DNA of 64,000 nucleotides from IMG/VR virus record IMGVR_UViG_3300028804_000001, positions 161,629-225,628 of that record. One strand, given 5' to 3'. Shown here in pieces: positions 25,890 through 35,200 of the stretch (positions within the stretch are counted from its first letter, which is position 1; every line of letters begins with the position of its first letter). Position numbers and translations under genes: made by a program. The stretch comes from a virus (Duplodnaviria > Caudoviricetes). The notes below the pieces were generated by a model. It had not been told where the DNA came from. It worked only from the letters and a program-made list of their open reading frames with translations, and did not search any database.

Positions 25890-26731
25890 GAATCAGCCTG
25901 AGAAAACTCAAGGTTCTCGTTCTCAGTAAAGATACGCTTCTTAGTCTTGAACTTCTTATCTTTACGTAAACGCTCACGGAGCTTCTCAGCAGATTCTGTA
26001 AGTGCTTCAGCAGGTATTCCTTTTTCTCTGAGATCCGGTGGCATATTACGCTGCTCGCCTGGGGTAAGTTTCATAGTCTTAACCTTACCCATTCGAACGT
26101 TCTGTAGATTCAGATAAACATCAACTCCTGTCGAGTACTGCATAAGACCGAGGAAATCCAACCGTTCGTGGAAGGTTAATCCGCGGTAATATTCATACAT
26201 TGTGGGAGCATTAAGCATTACAAAGGAGTCATACAGTCCATCTAAAGAAGATGCATATCTCTTTTGAGCCAGTTCTACTTTCTTAGATAGCTTTAGTTCC
26301 TCATCCCTGAGATCGAATTCGAATCCGGAGATTCTTTGTATAATATCAAATAGACTCTTCCAGAAGAGTGGCCTTCTCTTACACAGGCCAATAAGATTAA
26401 AGTTCTCTGGATCTGTAAGAACAACTGATTCTTTTATGATTCTAGTAATGATCAGTGGATCATTATAGAACATTGTAGATATCTTCCAGGTCTTATAATC
26501 AAGAGCCTGTATATAAATATTCTCTGGGAACTCTATTCCCAGAGACTGGATGATAGTTTTAGGAACTGCCACATGATCGTATGTGGCAGCATATCCATAA
26601 TGTTTTGGATTGTGCCGGCGGTAGTAATCAGGATCTATAAAAGGAACATTTCTATAAATGAACCTTGGATCGGTGAAGAACTCTACCCTGGCCTGCGTTA
26701 CAGGTATTTTATAAACAAGTCCTTCTGACAC
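25886..26731 (-). CDS. Hypothetical protein, probable second tail assembly chaperone
   Basis: 281 aa, GTG start with GGAG 8 nt upstream; lies between the acidic chaperone-like gene and the tape measure; ATGA overlap with the tape measure. Confidence 0.5.
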   Translation of the reverse strand: MSEGLVYKIPVTQARVEFFTDPRFIYRNVPFIDPDYYRRHNPKHYGYAATYDHVAVPKTIIQSLGIEFPENIYIQALDYKTWKISTMFYNDPLIITRIIKESVVLTDPENFNLIGLCKRRPLFWKSLFDIIQRISGFEFDLRDEELKLSKKVELAQKRYASSLDGLYDSFVMLNAPTMYEYYRGLTFHERLDFLGLMQYSTGVDVYLNLQNVRMGKVKTMKLTPGEQRNMPPDLREKGIPAEALTESAEKLRERLRKDKKFKTKKRIFTENENLEFSQADS

Positions 26732-26734
26732 ACG

Positions 26735-27427
26735 TTATACTCCGCGGTCATCAGGATTCTCATCCGGATTAACATCTGTATCTGCATTAAAGATTCCCTT
26801 GATATCTGTTCCAGAGATATCAATTTCTTCTGCATCAATAAGAGGCGGGAAGTAACCAGATAATGATGTAATAGCTTTATAGCATTCTGCAAAGTCTCCA
26901 GGTTTAATAGCGCCGGAGTCTATGATATCTCTCATGTTCTCTGGATAGAGAGTAAAAGTAGATACCATGGTTCTTTCAAGAATACGATCTCTATCGCCAA
27001 CAGTCATCCCAGCTTTAGCAGGATCAATTCCTCTCTTCTTGAAGTCTGCCTTAAGTTGTTCAAGGAATGATTCAACCTGCTCTTCTACTTCTGTATTAAG
27101 CTGCTCAGAATCATTAAGATCCATAGAGCGAACAATGTAAGCTCTAGGCCCCTTAATCCCATTGCAGAAGATAGATACAATGTCGATATGAGGAGCGTAT
27201 TCCTTCCTGAACTTTGCTTTCATATCCCTGATCTTCTGCTGAAGACTGATGATCTGCTGGCGCATTTCCTCTTCAGGATCTTTAGGGTGTTCGGGAGTTA
27301 CTTCTGTTACGGTTACTTTTTGAGGGGCTTCTGCACTAGCTGATTCATCCCAGGCATATTCAACATCAGGTGTATCCTGACTATCAACTTGCTCTACTTG
27401 ATCTTTCTCAGCTTTCTGTTTAGGCAT
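26735..27427 (-). CDS. Probable tail assembly chaperone
   Basis: 230 aa, acidic, with a coiled coil then YIVRSM...YPE...PG pattern; two genes upstream of the tape measure; SD GAGGA. Confidence 0.55.
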   Translation of the reverse strand: MPKQKAEKDQVEQVDSQDTPDVEYAWDESASAEAPQKVTVTEVTPEHPKDPEEEMRQQIISLQQKIRDMKAKFRKEYAPHIDIVSIFCNGIKGPRAYIVRSMDLNDSEQLNTEVEEQVESFLEQLKADFKKRGIDPAKAGMTVGDRDRILERTMVSTFTLYPENMRDIIDSGAIKPGDFAECYKAITSLSGYFPPLIDAEEIDISGTDIKGIFNADTDVNPDENPDDRGV

Positions 27428-27436
27428 ACTATCCTC

Positions 27437-30400
27437 TTAATCTATTTTGTATCCGCTTAAAGCAAAAGACCCTTCTTTTTTATTAACCCCATACTTCAAG
27501 ATAGCTGTCTTCGAAGGTGAGGTAGAAACAAATCTCACATATGCCATATCTTTATCAGATGGATCTGTAAATGCCGGCTTCTGTAATACTGATTTTGAAT
27601 CCCTAGAAGTATAGAACCTTTTGCTTGCTACTTGTATTCTATCTACATCGGCATTGTTAAAGTCGAGCATTTTTTTACTGAGAAGTGCTACTACGTAGGA
27701 TACGAAGGATCGTTTGCCGTCTTCCCCAGCACCAAACCTAGCTTCGGTCGATTTGTTTATTCTGGTTATAAGGCTTTCTGCAGTAGCTCCGGAACCAAAC
27801 ACAACATCTCTTCCTATACTATTATGGAGATCCTTTCCTCTACCTCTATCAGTGGTTATAATATTAGTATCATAAGCACTCTTACTAAAATAGGAATATA
27901 AGTCCTCTGCGGCTTTTCTTAGATGTACATTTACATAGACTTCGCCAGAGAATCCAACGGCATTCTTAAGATCGTATTCAATTGTTCTTTCTTGATCGAA
28001 CATTGAATCTTCTTCAGCAGGATTTCTCTGATCCTCTGGCTGAACTGAAAGAGCCAACGGGGTAGCAACCGTGCTTGGATTCTTACCAAACAAATCTTTG
28101 AATACCTTAACAGGACCACCTACCAGGCTCTTGAAATAGCCTACCCATTCTTTAATAGCTCCAGAGCTTGTTCCAAATAAAGCCTGGAGATCCTGGCTAA
28201 GATTTGTTTTACCGGTCTCTCCAGTTATATGCTGCTGTAGAGCGCCTACACCATCATCCATTTTTATGTTAGCATACTTCTGAAGCTCTCGAGCATATCT
28301 GAGTACGCCTCGAAGTTTATCAAACTTAAAGTTAACTGGAAGAGTAACTGCAGGATTTGGTTGAGAAGGGCCAGATGTCGAGCTGGAGAATCCAATACCA
28401 TTCTGGCCAATCTCCACATTAAAGTTAACATCGATCTCATTATCTACTGGTTCACCAGCTACGAAGTTTAAGAAGGTGTCCAATAAGCCTTCTTGGATAT
28501 CGTATGTTTTGAAATCAGTTCTTATATAAGTTTCGTAGTTTACTTTACGGCCAACTGGGTAAGTAAAATGAAAACCAGGATTTGTAAATCTACTGATTTG
28601 ATCATTAACAGATTCAACAGTAGACAGTGTATCATTGTCCTTAACTTCTGTAGAAAAGCCTTTGAAGTTAACAAATGAATATCTCCTTTTCTCATCCTCT
28701 ATCTTCTTCTTAAGAATATCTTTCATATTCTGAAAGTTGGGGTAAGTAGATATGAGGCAGAAGTATTGAACAAAGATATAAGGATCTTGATCAGTAACTA
28801 CTGAGTCTCTTTTAAGGCCCAGCTTGTGGATCATAGAGAATGATATATCATTAGATAAGCCAACTGGATTTAACCCAGATGCATTCTTAATGAGATAATC
28901 AAAATGAATTCTATATGGTGTATTAATAATGCTATTTAATTCTCCGGCACTATCATCTGCCATTTCGGAGAGCATCTTTAAAACAAGATCTCGACCTGTA
29001 TTATTTCTCCATCTACTATCCATGGAAGAAATATTAAGTCCAGTCTGCTTATCAATTAACTCTGCATACTTTCTATAGTTAAGAATTACAGGAATGATAT
29101 GCATTGTTTTCTCAATGCCAGTAAAGTCAGAAGAAGCTAATGGGTTAGTCTTATATGTTTTTGTTATAAGACTAGCAAGCTCGTTAGGGAAATACGAGTT
29201 GTATGTAAAGTCCTGCTGCCCTACTTTAATAAGATCGTCCAGATCATCTGGTCCATAAAAGAATGATGCAATAGGGAAGAATACAAAGTCCTTTCCATCC
29301 TGTCCTACAAACGATTTCTTAAGTTCTTCTGAAGATGAGCCGGCTAGTTTTAACTCACCAGTCTTCCTGAATCCTTCTAAAGAATCCTTCTTAAGAACTC
29401 TATCTAAAAGATAAACTGGAGTTGGTTTAACTATTTCTACTTTATAAGTTTCGCCCTGTTTTGTTGCTCTGATATTTTGTGTAGGATCAAAGAATGTAAA
29501 AGAGAAAACAGGAAGTTTAACAGTAACATCCTTAAGTCGGTTTACTCTTTCTCCCTGCGTATCAGGATAAAGAGGAGCAAAGCCGGGCTTATTAGATGGG
29601 ACAATATTCTCTAAAACTGTAGTGGGTTCTGAAAGAGATAGGAATGAATTAGTAAATCCAGATCTAAATCTATCATTATAAGTTCCAGCTGTTAAAGAGA
29701 ACAACTGCCTAACAGGAATCCCGGATCCTCTCATTTGTGGTGGAGATGGAGCTATATCTCCCACAATATCAAATCCAATATATTGCATAATCTCATGATC
29801 AATATGCTGGATTTCTCCCGAGTGATTATTTAATACTACAGGATATTTAATACCAGCTGCATTGTTTGGCAGGCTTACTCCATTAACAACAGTGTTAGTA
29901 TCGATAGGAGTTCCACTTTTATCAATAGGAAATGAAGGAGAGTTAGTATCTATGGCTCCTGTTATTACATCAGTTTTAAAAGCATAGACCGGAACATTAA
30001 CAAGGAAGTATTCTGGTGTTTCAAAGGAGATAACAATCTTATTGATTGTAGCTTCTTCCCCATAGTTATTAGCACCAACACGTACAGCACCGCCATAACC
30101 TATCTGGCTAGACTTATCAATCTCTCCCGATATATCGGATCCACTATCACGATTACTTACATTCTCAAAGCTAATGTAAGGTATATCGAGGAAGCCGCGT
30201 TTCTTACCTGCTATGTTAAGAGTTCCATCAGGATTAGTAATAGATGAATAATCTACAGAACTAGCCACATCAAATAGTGTTAGCTTGCGTCCTTGTTTAG
30301 TTTGATCTGCAAGAATATCGCTTACAGCTTTCTTGTTATCAAGTCCATACCCATTTACCAGTTTAGTAGTGATCTCATCCAACATCCTAACTACATCAAT

Positions 30401-31123
30401 TCTAGCCTGGATATCTTTAGCTGCACCTTTGGGTAATCTTCTTCTTGCTCTGGCTTTTCTCGCGTACCAACTATAAATGGTATAGAGAGGCGTATCATCA
30501 GGCTCCGATGCTCCAGATTCTTCGGAGATATTAAATCCTTCAAAGATCTTAATTGCAAAGTTCTTAGATCTATGATTACCAGCAATTACAGATAGATCGT
30601 ATCTAAATACATCTTCATTCTGGTTAACTAGTTCAGCAACAACTAGATCTATTCTTTGAGATGCTCTTTCTATAAGCCTGGATGCTTCACTTTCATCCCG
30701 GATAGTTTCAAGAATTCTCGATTCGATTCTGGTCTTGAACTTACCCTTCTGAGTTTCAATAATACGATCGATATCTTCCTGTCTATCTACCGCTGATAAA
30801 TTAGTTCTAATCTGATCTATAAGCCTGAATAAATAATCAGTTTCTCGGAAGTTAACTGTAAGAGTTCCCTGGATGAGGAAGTTGCCATCCAGATCCATAT
30901 CTGAATAGCCTTCATTCCAACCGTATACCGGCTGCTTGGTGTTAACCTGTTTCCATCTAATGGCAACAAAGTCTTCTACCCAAACAGGTCCTAAGAATAA
31001 TGAAACCTGGGATCCAGTATAATGATTAGTCTCATAACTGGAATAAGTATCAATAATCTGCTCTTCCGGAGATAGCGATTCCGGATTGGGATTGGCAGAG
31101 CTAATGCCTGTATTGGTTGGCAA
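27437..31123 (-). CDS. 1228-aa baseplate protein with N-terminal tail-tube-like (tube initiator) domain
   Basis: N-terminal YTGSQVSLFLG...KQPVYGW...LIQGTLTVNF parallels the tube protein's YSGVDITAIFD...KAPVYTF...GTAGSMMFTLF. TTG start immediately after a TAG-TAA double stop. Confidence 0.6.
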   Translation of the reverse strand: MPTNTGISSANPNPESLSPEEQIIDTYSSYETNHYTGSQVSLFLGPVWVEDFVAIRWKQVNTKQPVYGWNEGYSDMDLDGNFLIQGTLTVNFRETDYLFRLIDQIRTNLSAVDRQEDIDRIIETQKGKFKTRIESRILETIRDESEASRLIERASQRIDLVVAELVNQNEDVFRYDLSVIAGNHRSKNFAIKIFEGFNISEESGASEPDDTPLYTIYSWYARKARARRRLPKGAAKDIQARIDVVRMLDEITTKLVNGYGLDNKKAVSDILADQTKQGRKLTLFDVASSVDYSSITNPDGTLNIAGKKRGFLDIPYISFENVSNRDSGSDISGEIDKSSQIGYGGAVRVGANNYGEEATINKIVISFETPEYFLVNVPVYAFKTDVITGAIDTNSPSFPIDKSGTPIDTNTVVNGVSLPNNAAGIKYPVVLNNHSGEIQHIDHEIMQYIGFDIVGDIAPSPPQMRGSGIPVRQLFSLTAGTYNDRFRSGFTNSFLSLSEPTTVLENIVPSNKPGFAPLYPDTQGERVNRLKDVTVKLPVFSFTFFDPTQNIRATKQGETYKVEIVKPTPVYLLDRVLKKDSLEGFRKTGELKLAGSSSEELKKSFVGQDGKDFVFFPIASFFYGPDDLDDLIKVGQQDFTYNSYFPNELASLITKTYKTNPLASSDFTGIEKTMHIIPVILNYRKYAELIDKQTGLNISSMDSRWRNNTGRDLVLKMLSEMADDSAGELNSIINTPYRIHFDYLIKNASGLNPVGLSNDISFSMIHKLGLKRDSVVTDQDPYIFVQYFCLISTYPNFQNMKDILKKKIEDEKRRYSFVNFKGFSTEVKDNDTLSTVESVNDQISRFTNPGFHFTYPVGRKVNYETYIRTDFKTYDIQEGLLDTFLNFVAGEPVDNEIDVNFNVEIGQNGIGFSSSTSGPSQPNPAVTLPVNFKFDKLRGVLRYARELQKYANIKMDDGVGALQQHITGETGKTNLSQDLQALFGTSSGAIKEWVGYFKSLVGGPVKVFKDLFGKNPSTVATPLALSVQPEDQRNPAEEDSMFDQERTIEYDLKNAVGFSGEVYVNVHLRKAAEDLYSYFSKSAYDTNIITTDRGRGKDLHNSIGRDVVFGSGATAESLITRINKSTEARFGAGEDGKRSFVSYVVALLSKKMLDFNNADVDRIQVASKRFYTSRDSKSVLQKPAFTDPSDKDMAYVRFVSTSPSKTAILKYGVNKKEGSFALSGYKID

Positions 31124-31126
31124 TTA

Positions 31127-31582
31127 CTATTCTCCTTGCTTTGAAGGAGGAACGCCCATACCGTTTTGTATACTACTGTCAGCTACATAGGGATCTGTTT
31201 GCGCAGGAGTATATGGTGTGTAATACGATGGTGGATTAACGCCTCTGGATAATCCCCATGTATCTGTTCCCCTTCTCACGGTATAGTTGACTGTGAATAT
31301 ACCTATAAAGTAAACAAGAAAATCCCAGGCATGTGCGGAAACCTTGGGCCCAAATATGGAATCCCCTATGAATGCTATAGCACCTATTAAGAAGCTAGCC
31401 AGGAATAACTTTCTAGAGATCTCTCTTTTGAACTGATCCTCTTTCTTTTTGTTAGAATCAGTCTTATGATGGTGGTGTTTATGCGGCTGTTGAATAGGAG
31501 TAGCCGGCACTGACGGAGAAAAAGAATCAGTGCCAGCTACAACTGCAGCTATAGCCTTAGCTTTCCTACCACGTTTTTTCAA
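31127..31582 (-). CDS. Small membrane protein with two TM helices, holin candidate
   Basis: Hydrophobic segments LFLASFLIGAIAFIGDSIF and AWDFLVYFIGIFTVNY, preceded by a basic/His-rich region. Start uncertain (TTG). Confidence 0.45.
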   Translation of the reverse strand: MKKRGRKAKAIAAVVAGTDSFSPSVPATPIQQPHKHHHHKTDSNKKKEDQFKREISRKLFLASFLIGAIAFIGDSIFGPKVSAHAWDFLVYFIGIFTVNYTVRRGTDTWGLSRGVNPPSYYTPYTPAQTDPYVADSSIQNGMGVPPSKQGE

Positions 31583-31585
31583 GTA

Positions 31586-32074
31586 TTATTTGCTCCGCCC
31601 TTTACCCTTTGACTTACCGGACTTTCCAATAGCGGGATACTTCTTATGGACGGCTGCACGAACTCTAGCCTTCTCAGAAGGAGTTCCATGGCGGGCAACC
31701 ATAGAAAGAGCCGCTCTAGCATGGTTGGGATCATTGATAGGATATCTACGACCGGGCAATGCGAATGAGGAAGTTTTAAGCTTCTTCCTAGCAGCAGCAT
31801 TCAGCTTTGCATCCTCTGCAGAATCGCTGGTTGAGCTCATGTTCTTCTGCATCATCTTTGCCATCATGTTCTTCATGTTGGCATTCTCCATCAATGATCC
31901 TTTTTTGGAAGGAGCTTTAGGAGATGGCTTCCCATTCTTCTTTACTCTTCTCTGAGTAGAATTAGTAGTAGAGCTACTAGCCTCATATGCATCTCCGGAG
32001 TGAATATCTCCGGAACCATTCATTTCAGATTCTGACCACTGTCTAAGAGTGTTCGTTGATGGATACTGGCTCAT
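31586..32074 (-). CDS. Basic protein with DUF6582-like domain
   Basis: LNAAARKKLKTSSFALPGRRYPINDPNHARAAL matches the L...R..L..S.FA.P..R.YP..D..HAR.AL pattern of DUF6582-type phage proteins; Lys-rich tails. Confidence 0.6.
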   Translation of the reverse strand: MSQYPSTNTLRQWSESEMNGSGDIHSGDAYEASSSTTNSTQRRVKKNGKPSPKAPSKKGSLMENANMKNMMAKMMQKNMSSTSDSAEDAKLNAAARKKLKTSSFALPGRRYPINDPNHARAALSMVARHGTPSEKARVRAAVHKKYPAIGKSGKSKGKGRSK

Positions 32075-32231
32075 TTTTTACTTCTCCTTGGCAACAATCA
32101 TTAATATTACTTTTGCAGGCAGGACACTGTTCATGTCCATGAACATCTATAGGTTCTATTCTGTTACTGCATCTAGGACAGTACCGTTTTGTTTCATCTT
32201 TATGATGTCTTTCATTTCTACAGCAGGCCAT
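32043..32231 (-). CDS. Small Cys-rich (zinc-ribbon) protein
   Basis: CPRC...VHGHEQCPAC...DCCQGE with two CxxC pairs; fills the gap on the coding strand. Confidence 0.6.
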   Translation of the reverse strand: MACCRNERHHKDETKRYCPRCSNRIEPIDVHGHEQCPACKSNINDCCQGEVKNEPVSINEHS

Positions 32232-32248
32232 AGCTAATTAACTCTAAA

Positions 32249-35200
32249 TTAAGCCGTACGTACTGTATCAGGCTGAACCTTTCTTCTCTTGCGCACTTTA
32301 AGAATATCGCCAGGGAATCCCTGGAATGCTGTAGCAGAATAGATATATTCGTATAGCCCACCAGGATCCTTAAGTCTCGGAGTCCCTTTATTAAGTGGAT
32401 TATTAGCCGGGTTTCTAAATACATTATCGTTCTGAGAAAGCTGATATATATCCGCGGTTGGATCAACTGTCCAGGTAGAGTCAGTATACTTAAGAGCTAT
32501 ATCCTGCAGCCTATCTCCAGTTACTACAACGTGGGTTATAATATCTTCAGAAGGTGCTGGATCCTTCTTTTGGTCTTGCTGAGCTACTGGGATTATATTG
32601 GCACCTTTCTTAGCTTCATCTATAACTTGCTTATCATCTTGCTTAGCAGTATCAGATGGATCCTGTAAAGCCGGAGGTTCATCTTTCAATCCAGCTACTT
32701 GTTTGTTAGAAGCAATTAGACCAAATGCTACCGGTATATATGGATTGGCATTAATGGTCTTCTTGATATCATCATAGGATATACTTACTTCAGCCTCGAG
32801 CTTTCTAAGGAACTCATTGAACTGACCTAAAGTCATCTGTTCAAGAGGCTGTCCATCTGCCAGTTGTTTTAGTGCAGCCCGTTCATTCTTTCCTATGTTC
32901 TTAAGAACCTTATAGTTGTTTCTATAGATCTCATGGATGGGAAGAGGATCCATAGGACGTTTATCATCTGGCATATCTGGATCAATGTATGCACTAAGCC
33001 AATAGTTAAGAGGCATAGTTACATCACCAGTTTCTTCAGTTCCAAATTCGGTTAATAGTAATGGCTTCCATTCTTTGAATGTCTTACTACCACTGAGATT
33101 TCCAGGAAGAAGTTTATAATATATTGCCGGAGATTCTCTAGAAGCTGCTTCGAACATATCTCCCTTACCAAATAATGGGATCCGGAGATTACGATTATAC
33201 AGCTGTGAAAGAGAAGCAGTAGAGTCAGTAAGCTCCACATTGTTTCTCATATAGTCATAGCTGTTATTGTAATACTCATCAAAGTATATATCATCCCTAA
33301 CTATAGGATACATCTTAGTGCTTCCACTTAATCCTATGTATGGGAAGTTTAAATCGAAAGCAACTTTGGCTTTAGGTAATGCATCTACTGGAGAGTTGGT
33401 AAATCCAGTAACCTGAGAATGGCTACACTTATAGAATCTAGAATCCGGATTGGCTTTAGTAACTTCTTTCTCAACAAGGTTAATGCTGCCAATCATCTGA
33501 GCTACAATAAGATTATAGATTCTTTTATAGATACCAGCTATCTTTGGATAGGCGTGATCTCCTACAGATAATGCAGTATCGTAAATTTCACTGCCTGGGA
33601 TAATCTGGCTTACTACATAGAAGAGATCATTCTGGTTAATCTTCTCTGTTACTATTTTATCTCCATCCATCTCAAACTCAGCTTGAGGAGCTCCTCCAGG
33701 CAGGAGTGGATTGCTGGATTCATAACGAGTAAGTTTAATAACAGGAAATTCTATTTGATAGAATCCATCATCGGCTTTGGTTATCTTTATTTCTACTTTG
33801 GAACTAACTGATTCCAGGGCATTTACTTTATCATCTTCTCCAATACCATAGAATACCTGAGTAACCGAAGGTTTTGCTCTCTTATTTATAGATGAAAATC
33901 TCTGTGGAACTGCTCCAAAATAATCCACGATAGTAGTGCTTATACAGTTATTCTCAACTCTAAGAGCTGATTCGTTAACATAGTTCTGATAACCTGTAGG
34001 AGCATGAGATCTTATACTTCCAATAGGAGCAGAAGGAAGATCTGCACTGGTAGATGTTTCCTTAATACCTTTTACTGTTACTCTAGAAAGGAACCTGGCT
34101 ACTTCATTGGTTCTTTCAGTAGATGTAAAACCACTTTCTTTGTCCGGAGTAAACTTTACTTTTAATGCATCCGATAAACTTTTGATTAGATCTTTTACTG
34201 AGTTGGTATCTGTTTTAGTTAGCAGCTTATCTAAATCTACCGCTTCAGAAAAATCTGCATCGTTCTTTCTAAAATAGGATCCTAAAACAGAATTCATAAT
34301 CTGTCCAAGAATAGATAAAGAATTGGTGTGATCTAAAAGAAGATTTCTAATTCTATCTGTAGCTACATCCCAATGGGTATTCTTAGGACCATCTTCTGAA
34401 TATGTATCATCAAGGTGAAGCCATATGAACTCACGAACTCCATTAGCAATTCTACCAAGAGCAGAAAAAGCTCCGTCATTAGAATCTTTGCCAAAATCAT
34501 ATAGTTTATTAATATAGAAATCACGCTCTTCCTTCTCCGTTACATTAGCTCCGAGTGTACTTAGTAAAGAAGCTAGAGATAACCCTTGTGGAACTATAGG
34601 TCTAATAGTGTTTCCATCTTTAATAATAAGAGTTCTGGGAAGCATCTCACATGACTTACCAATGGTAATGCCATATGCTATTGCATTTGATTTAATAATA
34701 GTTCTGAAGAAATCTTGATCCCAGGATTTCGTTTCGGACAAGAAGTTCTTAATATAATTACGAACTAATAATGGAATCTTATTATTATCTTCGATAAAGT
34801 TGTCGTATAAATATTGAGTTCTAGAATTAAATGCGCTAAAACCAACTGCTAATATACTCGATAGGCTATCCAAAGCTTGGTCAAACTTCTTAATAATATT
34901 AGCAATACGTTCGTTCTCTGCAGTTATTGCATTATCTATAGCTGTATTTCTTTGTTGAATCAGGCTTTCAAAGGTTGCCTGAGCCTCATTATAATCATTA
35001 TAAGCTAGCTGCCATACTGAATATTCATCCGAGTTAGTATCTATCTCTTCACTAGTTGAAGCTATTAGTGTAGTCCAAGCATCTGTTAAATTTTGTGCTG
35101 CTTGCTTTATAGAATCTATTGCAATATTAATTTGAAATTTAAGAGACGGATCAAATGAAAAATCAGGATCGAATATTAACGAGTTATAATCTAAACCTAA

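Noticed and set aside
26698-26892. 64-aa alternative-frame ORF bridging the two chaperone genes as a frameshift product
   Set aside because: The downstream gene is in the same frame as the upstream one, so a single shift cannot join them; no slippery site was seen.
31530-31955. 141-aa hydrophobic plus-strand ORF
   Set aside because: Antisense to a Lys-rich gene; its Phe/Leu richness simply mirrors the AAG/AAA codons.
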